Notes: a model not told the origin generated them from the letters alone. Shown: positions 49,673 through 58,716, counted from the stretch's first letter. The stretch: 64,000 nt of DNA from Candidatus Omnitrophota bacterium (GCA_042571405.1 JBHPHU010000001.1:9298-73297), one strand, 5' to 3'. A program made the numbers and translations.

Positions 49673-51277
49673 CTAAAGACTTTGTAAGAAAGAAGTTAGA
49701 TTAATATTCTTTTTAGCGAGGCCGAGTTTTTTACGAATATTCCTGCGGTGTTTATCGGTTGTCTGGGAGGAAATATTCAAAAGATTTGAGATCTCCTTGG
49801 TCGTCAGGCCTGACTTGACTATATTGCAAATCTCGATCTCTTTAGGCGTAAGTTTATTTTTTTGTTCTATCAGTCTATGACCAAACGAACCAATCAATGC
49901 CTTTAGACTACTTTCGAGTAAATCAAAATATTTACGTGAAACTCCGCCCTTCATCTTGATCCTCTTTAAGATAGGCATGATTACATCATCTACATTTATA
50001 ATAATATCATCTTTTAGCCTGTTTTTTTCGATCTCGATCTCTTTTATGATTTCCTGAAAAGCAATATTTTTATCTGATAGAAGCTTTTTTTCCTTTTCCA
50101 ATTCCGAGTAAGCTTTTCTCAGATCCTCTTCGGCGTTCTTGCGCTTTGTGATATCAATGGCATATGAATTTATATATCCGCTTTCAATCACAGGAACTAG
50201 GTCAAACAAAAACACTCTTCCGCTAAGTTCTGCTTCTACTCGTTGTCTCTTCTTAGAATCATAAACGTTTTTGATCATCTTGATCCATTTTTCAGGTATC
50301 TTATTTCCTATTTTTGTTCTATCTTCCAAAATTAGTTCTCTACTAGCGGGGTTGGCATATAATAATATGCCATCCTTTGAAACCCTGTATACTGGATTTG
50401 AATTTTCTTCCGGGAATCTGGCGAGGGCTCGAATCTCTTTCTCTGTCTTCTTACGTTCGGTGATGTCAACATTGACTTCTGCTACCAACCATTCGCCTTT
50501 TTCATTCTGAAAAGGGATGGTGGTAACTTGAACTGGTCTGTTATCCTCCCTTGACAACACCTCTTCGCTCACTATAGGCTTTTTTGTCTTTAGCGCTTTT
50601 TTAACTCCGCAATCTGTGCAAATTTTATTTTTTTCCATAAAGTATTCGTAACACTTTCTTCCTTCATATCCGCCGTAAATCTTCTGCCACTCCGGGTCAA
50701 TATAGACCACATTAAAATCCGAATCTATAATATCCAACCCTGTCTTTGTGACACCTAGGATAAATTCCATGTGTTGTCTTGTTCCCCTCAGGCTATTCTT
50801 CGTCTCCTTGAGATCAGTAATATCCTCAATAGCAAGAAGTATCATCTCCACGCTATCAAGACGGCGGGCATTTAAAAGCATTGATTTTAATCCGATGGTC
50901 TCAAAGTTATGCTCAATCTTGTAGTTCTCAAAACATTTTTTTTTGGGAAGGATGTTCTCCAGAAGATGTCTCAGTTTAGGGATGTCCCACTGCTTATTGC
51001 CCAAATCGTAAATGAAATGCCCTACAGTTTCTTCAGGGTTAACTTTAAAGATCTGATAGAAAGAACGGTTGGCTGAGATTATTTTCAAGTCAGCACCAAG
51101 CACTATTAATGGCTCCCGCACTGTATCTACGATACTTTCGGCATATTCACGTGCTTTCTTTATCACTTGTTCATTCTTCTTGTGCTCAATATCAGTTATC
51201 TCAAATTCAGCTATCTGCTTTTGCAAGAGTTTTATCTCATAAATGAGTTCTTCTTTTGTTTTGTCTTTCTGCGGCAT
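49673..51277 (-). CDS. multi-PAS sensor with C-terminal LuxR-type HTH
   Basis: PAS modules followed by LTPKEIEICNIVKSGLTTKEISNLLNISSQTTDKHRRNIRKKLG. Confidence 0.8.
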   Translation of the reverse strand: MPQKDKTKEELIYEIKLLQKQIAEFEITDIEHKKNEQVIKKAREYAESIVDTVREPLIVLGADLKIISANRSFYQIFKVNPEETVGHFIYDLGNKQWDIPKLRHLLENILPKKKCFENYKIEHNFETIGLKSMLLNARRLDSVEMILLAIEDITDLKETKNSLRGTRQHMEFILGVTKTGLDIIDSDFNVVYIDPEWQKIYGGYEGRKCYEYFMEKNKICTDCGVKKALKTKKPIVSEEVLSREDNRPVQVTTIPFQNEKGEWLVAEVNVDITERKKTEKEIRALARFPEENSNPVYRVSKDGILLYANPASRELILEDRTKIGNKIPEKWIKMIKNVYDSKKRQRVEAELSGRVFLFDLVPVIESGYINSYAIDITKRKNAEEDLRKAYSELEKEKKLLSDKNIAFQEIIKEIEIEKNRLKDDIIINVDDVIMPILKRIKMKGGVSRKYFDLLESSLKALIGSFGHRLIEQKNKLTPKEIEICNIVKSGLTTKEISNLLNISSQTTDKHRRNIRKKLGLAKKNINLTSFLQSL

Positions 51278-51550
51278 AATTCTCTTCCCAAAAAATAAAA
51301 AAACCAAGGCCTGCATATCTGCAATGACTTGGGTTCGTCTTACGAAGCTATCTAAAACAGGCTAATTTTACTTGTTTATATTTCTTATCCAAAAAAACTT
51401 CTTTGGCTAGGTATTTAATTGATATTATACGTTTTTACATACTTAAGTCAACTATAAATTACACTTACAGACTGTCCAGTGTAAGAGATAAGGTCACTAC
51501 ATACGAGAAGGCCCTTTGACTAATAAGTCGAAGGGCCTTCTCGTTTAAAC

Positions 51551-51586
51551 TGGCTCCCTGTATTGGACAGGTTTCGCAAATGGTTA
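51551..51586 (-). repeat. tRNA-3'-half-like boundary element, copy f
   Basis: Minus sense: taaccatttgcgaaacctgtccaatacagggagcca, then the 13-bp hairpin cgagaaggccctt..aagggccttctcg. Confidence 0.7.
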
Positions 51587-51611
51587 TGCCGTGAAGCAAA
51601 AGCTGTCTCTT

Positions 51612-51794
51612 TTAGCGACTGCCTTCCTTACGCTTTGAGAAACATTCCTTACAGTAGACTGGGCGGTCTCCGCTAGGCTTAAAAGGGACTTCACATTCTT
51701 TTTTACACTCTTCGCAAATCGCCTTGTGCATCTCTCTGGGACGTCCAAATCCACTACCACCTTGAAACCCCATGCTTCCTCCTTTATTGTTCAA
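51612..51794 (-). CDS. CxxC-x17-CxxC zinc-ribbon domain protein
   Basis: CEECKKECEVPFKPSGDRPVYCKEC. 60 aa with a Gly-rich N-terminus. Confidence 0.7.
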   Translation of the reverse strand: MNNKGGSMGFQGGSGFGRPREMHKAICEECKKECEVPFKPSGDRPVYCKECFSKRKEGSR

Positions 51795-51940
51795 TTAATC
51801 TGCTAAACACCAATAGTATATTCCAGGCAAAAGCCAATTGCAACATATTTTATCACATAAGGTTAGAATTAGCGCGCGCGAGGAAGCGGAGAAATTATTG
51901 AGCAAAATTGTCTGACTATCTCTATTTAATATACACAATT

Positions 51941-52846
51941 TCATCTATTAAGTATTGTCTTAACAGCCTGCTCAAGCGCAGGATTGAACCGTTCAGGAGA
52001 TTTAAGCATTAGAAAATGGTCCAGCCCGTCCAACTCAATCAACTCAAAATCTTTTATATGTCGTTTGTTAGCCTCAATATCAGTCGGCCAAAGGTCAGCA
52101 TTTACGGCTATAACCGGAATATACAACTCATCAAACAACTTAGCTACATCACCTCTCAGATAATTACCCAATGTTTCATTAATAGCACTGATGGCAACTT
52201 CAGGATCAGCCAAAGACATATCAGAAATAATCCACTCATTAACCTGCAAATTATCCAAACGCAGCATCCCTCCAACAAAACCTCTCATAGCCTGCTTAAA
52301 ATCTTCTCTAAAGGGTGTAACCATCTCCTCAAACTGTTTTTCGCTTAAAGGATATTCCACATTTTGGAAGTCATCAACCACAACTAATCCAATAACCTTA
52401 TCCGGCATCAAAAGGGCCGCCTCTACACTCACAAGAGCCCCCATAGAATGACCGATTAAAATAACTTTGTCTGCTTTAATGCTCTCAACAACAGTCTTCA
52501 CATCCTGGCCAAAAGCTTCAGTTGTGTAGTTCTCTCGTTCACTCCCGGAACGGCCATGTCCAGCCAAATCAAGCAAAATTATACGATATTTCTCCTTAAA
52601 ATAGTTGACCTGCTCCCTCCAGTAAGTAGCGTCACAACTCCATCCATGAACAAACACAAGCACCGGCCCCTTTTGGCCATGCTCGTAGTAGTTAATCTCT
52701 ATGTTATCGTTAGAGATAGCTATTTTACCGACCTCAAAGCTCTGCTGAGTATCACCTTGCTTAACAACCGATAAAAGAGCAATTCCGGCTGTTAAAATCA
52801 TCGTCACTAGAAGTACTAATTTAATAATTTTATTTTGTCTCATCAT
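51941..52846 (-). CDS. alpha/beta hydrolase with signal anchor
   Basis: HGW..(oxyanion) and GHSMG nucleophile elbow, 301 aa. Confidence 0.8.
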   Translation of the reverse strand: MMRQNKIIKLVLLVTMILTAGIALLSVVKQGDTQQSFEVGKIAISNDNIEINYYEHGQKGPVLVFVHGWSCDATYWREQVNYFKEKYRIILLDLAGHGRSGSERENYTTEAFGQDVKTVVESIKADKVILIGHSMGALVSVEAALLMPDKVIGLVVVDDFQNVEYPLSEKQFEEMVTPFREDFKQAMRGFVGGMLRLDNLQVNEWIISDMSLADPEVAISAINETLGNYLRGDVAKLFDELYIPVIAVNADLWPTDIEANKRHIKDFELIELDGLDHFLMLKSPERFNPALEQAVKTILNR

Positions 52847-52940
52847 TTTCTCCTCCTCTATAGATATTAATAATAGGTTATGATTTTACTACAAATAAAA
52901 ACCCGTTACAACTTTAATAATTACAACGGGTTAAAATAAG

Positions 52941-52976
52941 TGGCTCCCCGCATTAGATGAGTTTCGCAACTGGTTA
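52941..52976 (-). repeat. tRNA-3'-half-like boundary element, copy g
   Basis: Minus sense: taaccagttgcgaaactcatctaatgcggggagcca, then the terminator cccgttgtaa..ttgtaacggg plus a T-run (G.U pairs only in minus sense). Confidence 0.75.
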
Positions 52977-53053
52977 TATATAGGAGGAGCTAATAAACTA
53001 CATAAAGAATCAGTAATTGTATCACTAGCGACCAGATAGTAGCTAGTAGAAAT

Positions 53054-54181
53054 CTAGATATAAGTCAAATTTTCATTCACAGCGACTACCAATCTTTTTA
53101 AGCTTAATACTGTATTTACTCCAACAGCATTGGCAAAATCAATAGCAGTATCAACCGGATTTTCAGACTGAGTTATAGCGGCATTTACTAAAACAGAGTT
53201 AAATCCCATTTGCATGGCCCCTCGAGCCTGTGCAGCTGTACCTATGCCACATTCGGCTATCAATGGAATGTCAGGCTTTATCCCCCTAGCCAAAGTCATG
53301 ACTTTCCTTATTAAACCCTTCTCTGCTTTTGTCCCTAATCCTTTACCAGAACCTGGCCGCGTTCCTTCAATGCGCAATGCAACAACTTGGTCAAAGTCCA
53401 GCAATGTTTCCAGCATTTCCCTTGTTATTCCTTTACCTATCAAAGGTAGGATTCTAATATCTTTATTAAGACTGACTAATCGTTTTACAGTAGCGACTAT
53501 TTCGACATTTTTTGTCATTAAATCTGGGCCTCGTATTTCAAGCTTAATGTAGGGGATTTTTGAAAACTTGGCCCATAACCCTACCATTATTATGGCTTCG
53601 TCTTGTGTCTGAACTTTGCTAGTGTTCCCCACTATGATAAATTCCCTCGTTTGGCCTAGCTGCTTCAACTCTTCGTCAACTAATCTCACATGTTCGATCT
53701 GCATCGCCCTGGGAAGCATTGCAATGTTACTTTCCTTGCCTAAGTTACAAAAACCAGAATTCTCCTCAAAATTGGAATTTCGCAACCATTCTTCTGCGTC
53801 TTTTAAAGCAATACTTGATCTCAACTGCTCTATATCTCCTAGTAAAAAAATAAAAAATTGAGATTTAGATTTGATAATAAGATCGCATGCGACTTTTGGC
53901 AAAAGCGTAGCGATAGGGGCATTGTTATCATTATCGGCGCTAAGCAAGTGAGTAATTGCTGTTGGAGCTATTAAAGCATATAACGACTTATTGTTAATAA
54001 TCAACCCATAAGAACCTTGAATACCATCCTTGTTTTGGATTTTTTGGAACAAAAAAGGAACTCGTAAGGAATCATTTGAACTTGGACAAGAATAAACAGT
54101 AGCAATAAACATGGGCACAATAGTTATCACTAATGATATCATTTTTATGTTAAAATTATATATTTTTCTAAATCCCTTCAT
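53054..54181 (-). CDS. exported protein with divergent ThiG-like (thiazole synthase TIM-barrel) C-terminal domain
   Basis: KLEIRGPD...LIAECGIGTAAQARGAMQMGFNSVLVNAAI parallels ThiG IKLEVIGD...VIVDAGIGTPSDAAxAMELGADAVLxNTAIA. The N-terminal about 170 aa are unrelated and begin with a signal peptide. Confidence 0.45.
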   Translation of the reverse strand: MKGFRKIYNFNIKMISLVITIVPMFIATVYSCPSSNDSLRVPFLFQKIQNKDGIQGSYGLIINNKSLYALIAPTAITHLLSADNDNNAPIATLLPKVACDLIIKSKSQFFIFLLGDIEQLRSSIALKDAEEWLRNSNFEENSGFCNLGKESNIAMLPRAMQIEHVRLVDEELKQLGQTREFIIVGNTSKVQTQDEAIIMVGLWAKFSKIPYIKLEIRGPDLMTKNVEIVATVKRLVSLNKDIRILPLIGKGITREMLETLLDFDQVVALRIEGTRPGSGKGLGTKAEKGLIRKVMTLARGIKPDIPLIAECGIGTAAQARGAMQMGFNSVLVNAAITQSENPVDTAIDFANAVGVNTVLSLKRLVVAVNENLTYI

Positions 54182-54254
54182 AATTACCCCAAAAAAATAA
54201 CCTCGTCCTCCTATTAAGGCTACACTGTATCATCAATCTAGTCTGACATTGATA

Positions 54255-54283
54255 ATTATATCACAGAGGTTATCTTTTGACAA
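54255..54283 (-). promoter_or_regulatory. sigma70-type promoter for 53054-54181
   Basis: Minus sense: TTGTCA - 17 nt (ending TGTGA) - TATAAT. Confidence 0.45.
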
Positions 54284-54390
54284 GAAATTCTGATGTACAA
54301 TCCGATGTCATATCGACAAAAAAATAACCTGCCAAAAAATGACAGGTTATTTTAATCGTAACTTATTGATAATAAATAAGTTACAAGTAG

Positions 54391-54412
54391 TGGCTCCCTG
54401 GGATGGACGATG
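54391..54412 (-). repeat. tRNA-3'-half-like boundary element, copy h (3' part only)
   Basis: Minus sense: catcgtccatcccagggagcca. It is followed by the two-hairpin module at 54325-54384. Confidence 0.6.
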
Positions 54413-54466
54413 TTGATAGCGCTGGAGAATTTAACTCGTTTCTGCAAGTATATAATAAATCTACTA

Positions 54467-55630
54467 CTATATTTTTAAAATATACCCTGTTGTTCTTCCT
54501 CTTCCAATTTTTTGGATAACTCCTATCTCAAGAAGCCGATTAAAATCCTTACGTGCTGTTTCATCAGAACATTGAGCAAGTTTACAATATTTCTTGGTTG
54601 TCATTTTCTCAGAATGTTCAAGCATCCACTTGAGCGCTTTTATCTGTTTCTTGTCAAGCTCAGCTTGGACCTTTTGACTTAGAATATCTCGGATACCTCT
54701 GACGTTTGTTTCTTTTTCGATTTCAACTTGAACATCTTTCAATTGCTCAGCAAGAGCCTTCAGGTAATAAAGGATAAAAAATGTTGCGTCATTGCCATGA
54801 ACTTCTGCATTTTGTATCGCTCTATAATATTCGCCACGATGATGATCAAAATAATCTGAAGGTGAAAGAAAATTAATAAATTGATAATCTTGGTTCATCA
54901 GATACAAATTTGATAAAGCTCTAGCTAATCTACCGTTACCATCATCAAAAGGATGTACATGCACAAAATATAGGTGTACTAGCGATGCCTTGATCAACGG
55001 ATGAGTCTCATAAACCATATTTACCCACTGAACGTAGGAATCCATCATTTGCACGACTTTAGATGCTGGTGGACCTTCATAAACAACTTGTCCTTGACCG
55101 TTAACAACATATATGGGCCCTTTACGGTACTTCCCGACAGTAATGGGCTTTTCCTTGTGAGTATTTTTGACAAGAATCTTGTGTAATTCGCAGATCATGT
55201 TATGTCTAAAAGGCTGGTTCCTTTTACTGCGGATGTATCCTAATGCCTCCCTATTATTGGCTATCATTTGAAGGCTTTCATCTCCATAGTCTTCTTTAGA
55301 AGGTCTGTTTAGACAAAGCAGTGCTTCTTCCAATGACGTTACAGCCCCTTCAATATGGCTGGAATAATAAGCTTCTTTTTTTTCAATTTCTGATTCTAAT
55401 CTATTTAGAAACTTTTTTGGAAGCTTAAGCGATGCCAAAAAACCCCTGTTTCTTTCTATTTCTGAGATCAGGTTTAGAAGTTCGGAAGGCAAAACAAACC
55501 AAAATGGTTTGTCCTTTTTATCAAAAAGCTCCAGCGAATTTGCTTTGCGATAGCGCTCTTTCTCGATCTCACGCCACTTTGAGATACTATATTTAGCTAC
55601 AATTTTGTGTTTTTCTGGATAATTTATCAT
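54467..55630 (-). CDS. Fic family protein with C-terminal winged-helix domain
   Basis: HPFDDGNGRLAR Fic motif. The C-terminal IGVIQKIGRGRTTGYILK is wHTH-like. Confidence 0.85.
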   Translation of the reverse strand: MINYPEKHKIVAKYSISKWREIEKERYRKANSLELFDKKDKPFWFVLPSELLNLISEIERNRGFLASLKLPKKFLNRLESEIEKKEAYYSSHIEGAVTSLEEALLCLNRPSKEDYGDESLQMIANNREALGYIRSKRNQPFRHNMICELHKILVKNTHKEKPITVGKYRKGPIYVVNGQGQVVYEGPPASKVVQMMDSYVQWVNMVYETHPLIKASLVHLYFVHVHPFDDGNGRLARALSNLYLMNQDYQFINFLSPSDYFDHHRGEYYRAIQNAEVHGNDATFFILYYLKALAEQLKDVQVEIEKETNVRGIRDILSQKVQAELDKKQIKALKWMLEHSEKMTTKKYCKLAQCSDETARKDFNRLLEIGVIQKIGRGRTTGYILKI

Positions 55631-55842
55631 AATAAAATCACCAACTATTCGCCAATAGTATGCCTTATCTTTTACTGTTTGTCAAGTATAATCGCCAATA
55701 AATTGCCAATTATTCGCCAAGCAGAAAAACTTAATGCCATCTACTTTCGACTTATGAATCTTTTTCAGATAAAAAAATAACCTGCCAAAAAATGACAGGT
55801 TATTTTAGTCGTAACTTATTTAAAATAAATAAGTTAAAGAAG

Positions 55843-56069
55843 TGGCTCCCCCGCGAGGACTCCGGCCTTCGGCCTAGAACCTGTCGCTCATTTGCATTCG
55901 CTCCCCAAAGGGGCTCTCCTTCGACTCTGCTCAGGATGGTTCAAGGGATGGTGAGCCTGTCGAACCATGCCCCTATGGCGTTCCTCGCTTCGCTCGTCAC
56001 TGTTACCCCGAAAGCGTGGGGAAAATTTTTCCCCACACCCCTTTGGTTCTCGTCCTCGCGGGGGAGCCA
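55843..56069. other. 227-nt GC-rich element bracketed by 18-bp perfect inverted copies of the tRNA-Asn 3' end
   Basis: tggctcccccgcgaggac at 55843-55860 is the reverse complement of 56052-56069. 55843-55862 is 20/20 identical to the tRNA 3' end at 59066-59085. The interior shares tcgcttcgctcgt with the tRNA intron. Confidence 0.65.
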
Positions 56070-56117
56070 AATTTGACACAAAAAAAGACACCAGGCAAAA
56101 ATGCCTGGTGTCAAATT

Positions 56118-56147
56118 TGGCTCCCCCAAGACTACGAGTTTCGCAAC
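56118..56147 (-). repeat. tRNA-3'-half-like boundary element, copy i
   Basis: Minus sense: gttgcgaaactcgtagtcttgggggagcca, followed by the terminator gacaccaggca-tttt-tgcctggtgtc plus T7. Confidence 0.65.
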
Positions 56148-56312
56148 TTTTTGGATGAGTTTAGGAATTATTGTTTGAGCAAGGAAGTAGATAAGCTATT
56201 AGCAATTATGACTTAAAAATAGCTATTTTTTCTTAGTTTCCATATATTCCACAACTTGCAAGAGAAAAGAACATCCACCGGCTAAGCCGGTGGATGTTTA
56301 CTAATATGGCCT

Positions 56313-56840
56313 TTATTTCTTAAATTCTTTCGATGCGCAGTTCATAGAAGATGAGCGAAAAGTAATTTTTTTGATTGGCATCTTGTCTTTAAGAAGCTCG
56401 TATAAGAGTTCACACCAATTCTCACAAGTAGTAACTTTTTTGCTAACAACTATTCTGTATTCTGGATACGACCAAGCAAGTGGGTGGTCTATCTTTTTAA
56501 GAGGAACGCAATGCTCTGGGTCGTTAGTAATGTTTGCCTTTTTATATACCTCAAGCATCGGCTCAAGAAGAGGGTCGCCTTCCTGCAATATTGTTGCGTG
56601 GTGAAAATGGTCACAAACTTCCCATGCTTTTTTGAACCCATCTTTACAAGCATGTGCAAATCCAGTTACCGGGTCTACGGTATCTTCGAGTTCAATCGTT
56701 ACAAGGCCTGAATGACCATGAAGGTGCTTTGCTTCGCGCGGCCAATTCATAAACCTATGTGCATACTGAAAATCAAGTTTTACTATTGATGTATACTTAT
56801 CTTTTGACATGATAGTTTCCTCCTTTTGGTTAATGTCCAT
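56313..56840 (-). CDS. 6-pyruvoyl-tetrahydropterin synthase/QueD-family protein
   Basis: FQYAHRF...HLHGHSGLVTIELE resembles the PTPS zinc-binding His pattern. Confidence 0.5.
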   Translation of the reverse strand: MDINQKEETIMSKDKYTSIVKLDFQYAHRFMNWPREAKHLHGHSGLVTIELEDTVDPVTGFAHACKDGFKKAWEVCDHFHHATILQEGDPLLEPMLEVYKKANITNDPEHCVPLKKIDHPLAWSYPEYRIVVSKKVTTCENWCELLYELLKDKMPIKKITFRSSSMNCASKEFKK

Positions 56841-56948
56841 ATTTTTATATTATTTACTGCATGCCGCTAGTTACGCTTTATTTTCTAAACTAACCCCCTT
56901 TCGTAATATCTACTAATAGTAATTATTCCTATTAGTAGGTCAAAAAAC

Positions 56949-57380
56949 TTACTTCTTACACTTACCGCAGATACCCTCCAATACAACTTTTTTATTAAGC
57001 ACTGTCAACTTATTCTTAATGTAACTAGGTATTTCGATTTCATCATATGCTTTATTATGAAAATCTATTATTTTATGACACTTTACGCATTGGAAATGGT
57101 GATGATTGTCTATATCCGGGTCAAATCTTTTTGGCTTTCCATAGCCTTCAACTACTTTAATAATTCCTAAATCCGCAAAGGAAAGCACGGTTCTATTGAC
57201 AGTGTCTAATGAAATATGAGGAAACTTTTTTCTGACCCTTTGATAAATAAGGTCTGCGGAAGGATGGTCAGAAGCACCAAGTAACTCTTGATATATAGCA
57301 GTTCTCTGTGGTGTAATCTTTAGATTATTTTCCTGACACTTATTTACAAACAAGTTTAATGACTCGGTTTTCTTATTCAT
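56949..57380 (-). CDS. Fur family transcriptional regulator
   Basis: wHTH N-terminus, HHHFQCVKC...CGKC double CxxC, 143 aa. Confidence 0.85.
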   Translation of the reverse strand: MNKKTESLNLFVNKCQENNLKITPQRTAIYQELLGASDHPSADLIYQRVRKKFPHISLDTVNRTVLSFADLGIIKVVEGYGKPKRFDPDIDNHHHFQCVKCHKIIDFHNKAYDEIEIPSYIKNKLTVLNKKVVLEGICGKCKK

Positions 57381-57500
57381 ACTAACTACTATATAGGATT
57401 AACTACTATTTGTCAAGCCATGTTTTAAAAAAGTTCGATAATAAAAATTGGGTTAAAGAAAAACCCACTGCAACTTATTTAATTGCAGTGGGTTATATAA

Positions 57501-57525
57501 TGGCTCCCCGGGCAGGACTCGAACC
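57501..57525 (-). repeat. tRNA gene fragment (T-loop to CCA), att-like remnant
   Basis: Minus sense ggttcgagtcctgcccggggagcca, compared with the real tRNA ggttcgagtcctcgcgggggagcca. There is no 5' half. Confidence 0.7.
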
Positions 57526-57636
57526 AAACTCTTAATTACTCTTAACTATACTTAACTGTATGTCGATGTTCTTAACCTCGAACTATTCTCTAAGTTATCT
57601 CTATGTTTATTCTAGTAAAATTTTTCTCCTTTAAGC

Positions 57637-57685
57637 TTGACTTTGTAATATAAATAGGTTACAATTGTAATACAAAGAGGTTACA
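57637..57685 (+). promoter_or_regulatory. sigma70-type promoter with a 21-nt direct repeat (putative operator) for the MNT/HEPN pair
   Basis: TTGACT - 17 nt - TACAAT. ttgtaatataaataggttaca (57643-63) and ttgtaatacaaagaggttaca (57665-85) are direct repeats. Confidence 0.45.
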
Positions 57686-57689
57686 GACT

Positions 57690-58262
57690 ATGGATATAAC
57701 AAGAATCTTCAAATCTAAGGCCAGGCAGGCAATATTTCGTCTGTATTTCACCAATCCGGAAAAAAGTTTTTATCTTAGGGAATTAGAGCGTGAGCTTGGC
57801 ACTCCTGTTTCTATATTGCGCAAGGAACTCATATCTTTAGAAAAGGAGGGTTTTTTCTCCTCTTCTAGACATGGAAACCTCTTATATTACTCCCTTAACA
57901 AGGAATATACGCTTTATAACGAAATCAAAGCCATTGTGTTTAAAACCGTCGGCATACAAGGGTCTCTTTCGAAGGCACTTCTGGATATAAAAGGCATTGA
58001 GGCGGCTTTCATATATGGATCATACGCTAAAAACGCGAGTAACGCCAAAAGCGACATTGATCTTTTTATTTTGGGTAATCCTGACGAAGATATAATCGTG
58101 AAAAAAATAAACAGTCTTGAGAAAAGCTTAAATCGTGAAATAAACTATAGTATATATACAAAAACTAACTTCGGGAAAAAGAAAAAACAAAAAGATTCAT
58201 TTATTGAAGATGTTTTAAAAAATAGGAAGATTTTTCTGATAGGAGGTAAAAATGACCTTTGA
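57690..58262 (+). CDS. nucleotidyltransferase (MNT-type) with N-terminal winged-helix domain
   Basis: GSYAKN..SDIDLFILG minimal NTase motif. The N-terminal part is ArsR-like wHTH. Confidence 0.75.
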   Translation: MDITRIFKSKARQAIFRLYFTNPEKSFYLRELERELGTPVSILRKELISLEKEGFFSSSRHGNLLYYSLNKEYTLYNEIKAIVFKTVGIQGSLSKALLDIKGIEAAFIYGSYAKNASNAKSDIDLFILGNPDEDIIVKKINSLEKSLNREINYSIYTKTNFGKKKKQKDSFIEDVLKNRKIFLIGGKNDL

Positions 58263-58716
58263 TAGCTTCATAAAAGAATATATAAAACGCGGGCTTATTA
58301 AAAAACAGCCAAAAAATTTAAAGACTATTGAGAACCTTATTTCCAGATCCTATAAAGAAATCAAGGCTGCCGAGGCGAATATAAAGATCGATGAAGGAAT
58401 TGCCTTTACTATTGCATATACAGCGATGCTTCACGCAGGCAGGGCTATTATGCTATTTAAAGGTTATAGACCCCACGATGGCTATCAGCATAAAACAGTT
58501 GTCGATTTTGCGTCAATTGTGCTTGGTGAACATTACAAAACTCTAACACAACGTTTTGACAAGATGCGAAGAAAAAGAAATATATTTACCTACGAAGTCA
58601 GTATTTCGATTTCAGAAGAAGAAGTAAAAAATGCGCTTAAGTCTGCTAAAGATTTCATAAAAGCCGTCCGTGAGTTAATCGAAAAAGAAGACCCCCAACA
58701 TAAATTCAGATTCTAG
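58252..58716 (+). CDS. HEPN domain protein (partner of the MNT)
   Basis: Overlaps the MNT stop. All-helical 154 aa with a FDKMRRKRNIFTYE HEPN-type segment. Confidence 0.7.
   Translation: MTFDSFIKEYIKRGLIKKQPKNLKTIENLISRSYKEIKAAEANIKIDEGIAFTIAYTAMLHAGRAIMLFKGYRPHDGYQHKTVVDFASIVLGEHYKTLTQRFDKMRRKRNIFTYEVSISISEEEVKNALKSAKDFIKAVRELIEKEDPQHKFRF

Noticed and set aside
55792-56216. Four overlapping 60-94 aa ORFs on both strands
   Set aside because: They lie in a GC-rich, heavily self-complementary non-coding element. They have no RBS, all frames are open simply because of composition, and the region is explained by the tRNA-end inverted repeats.
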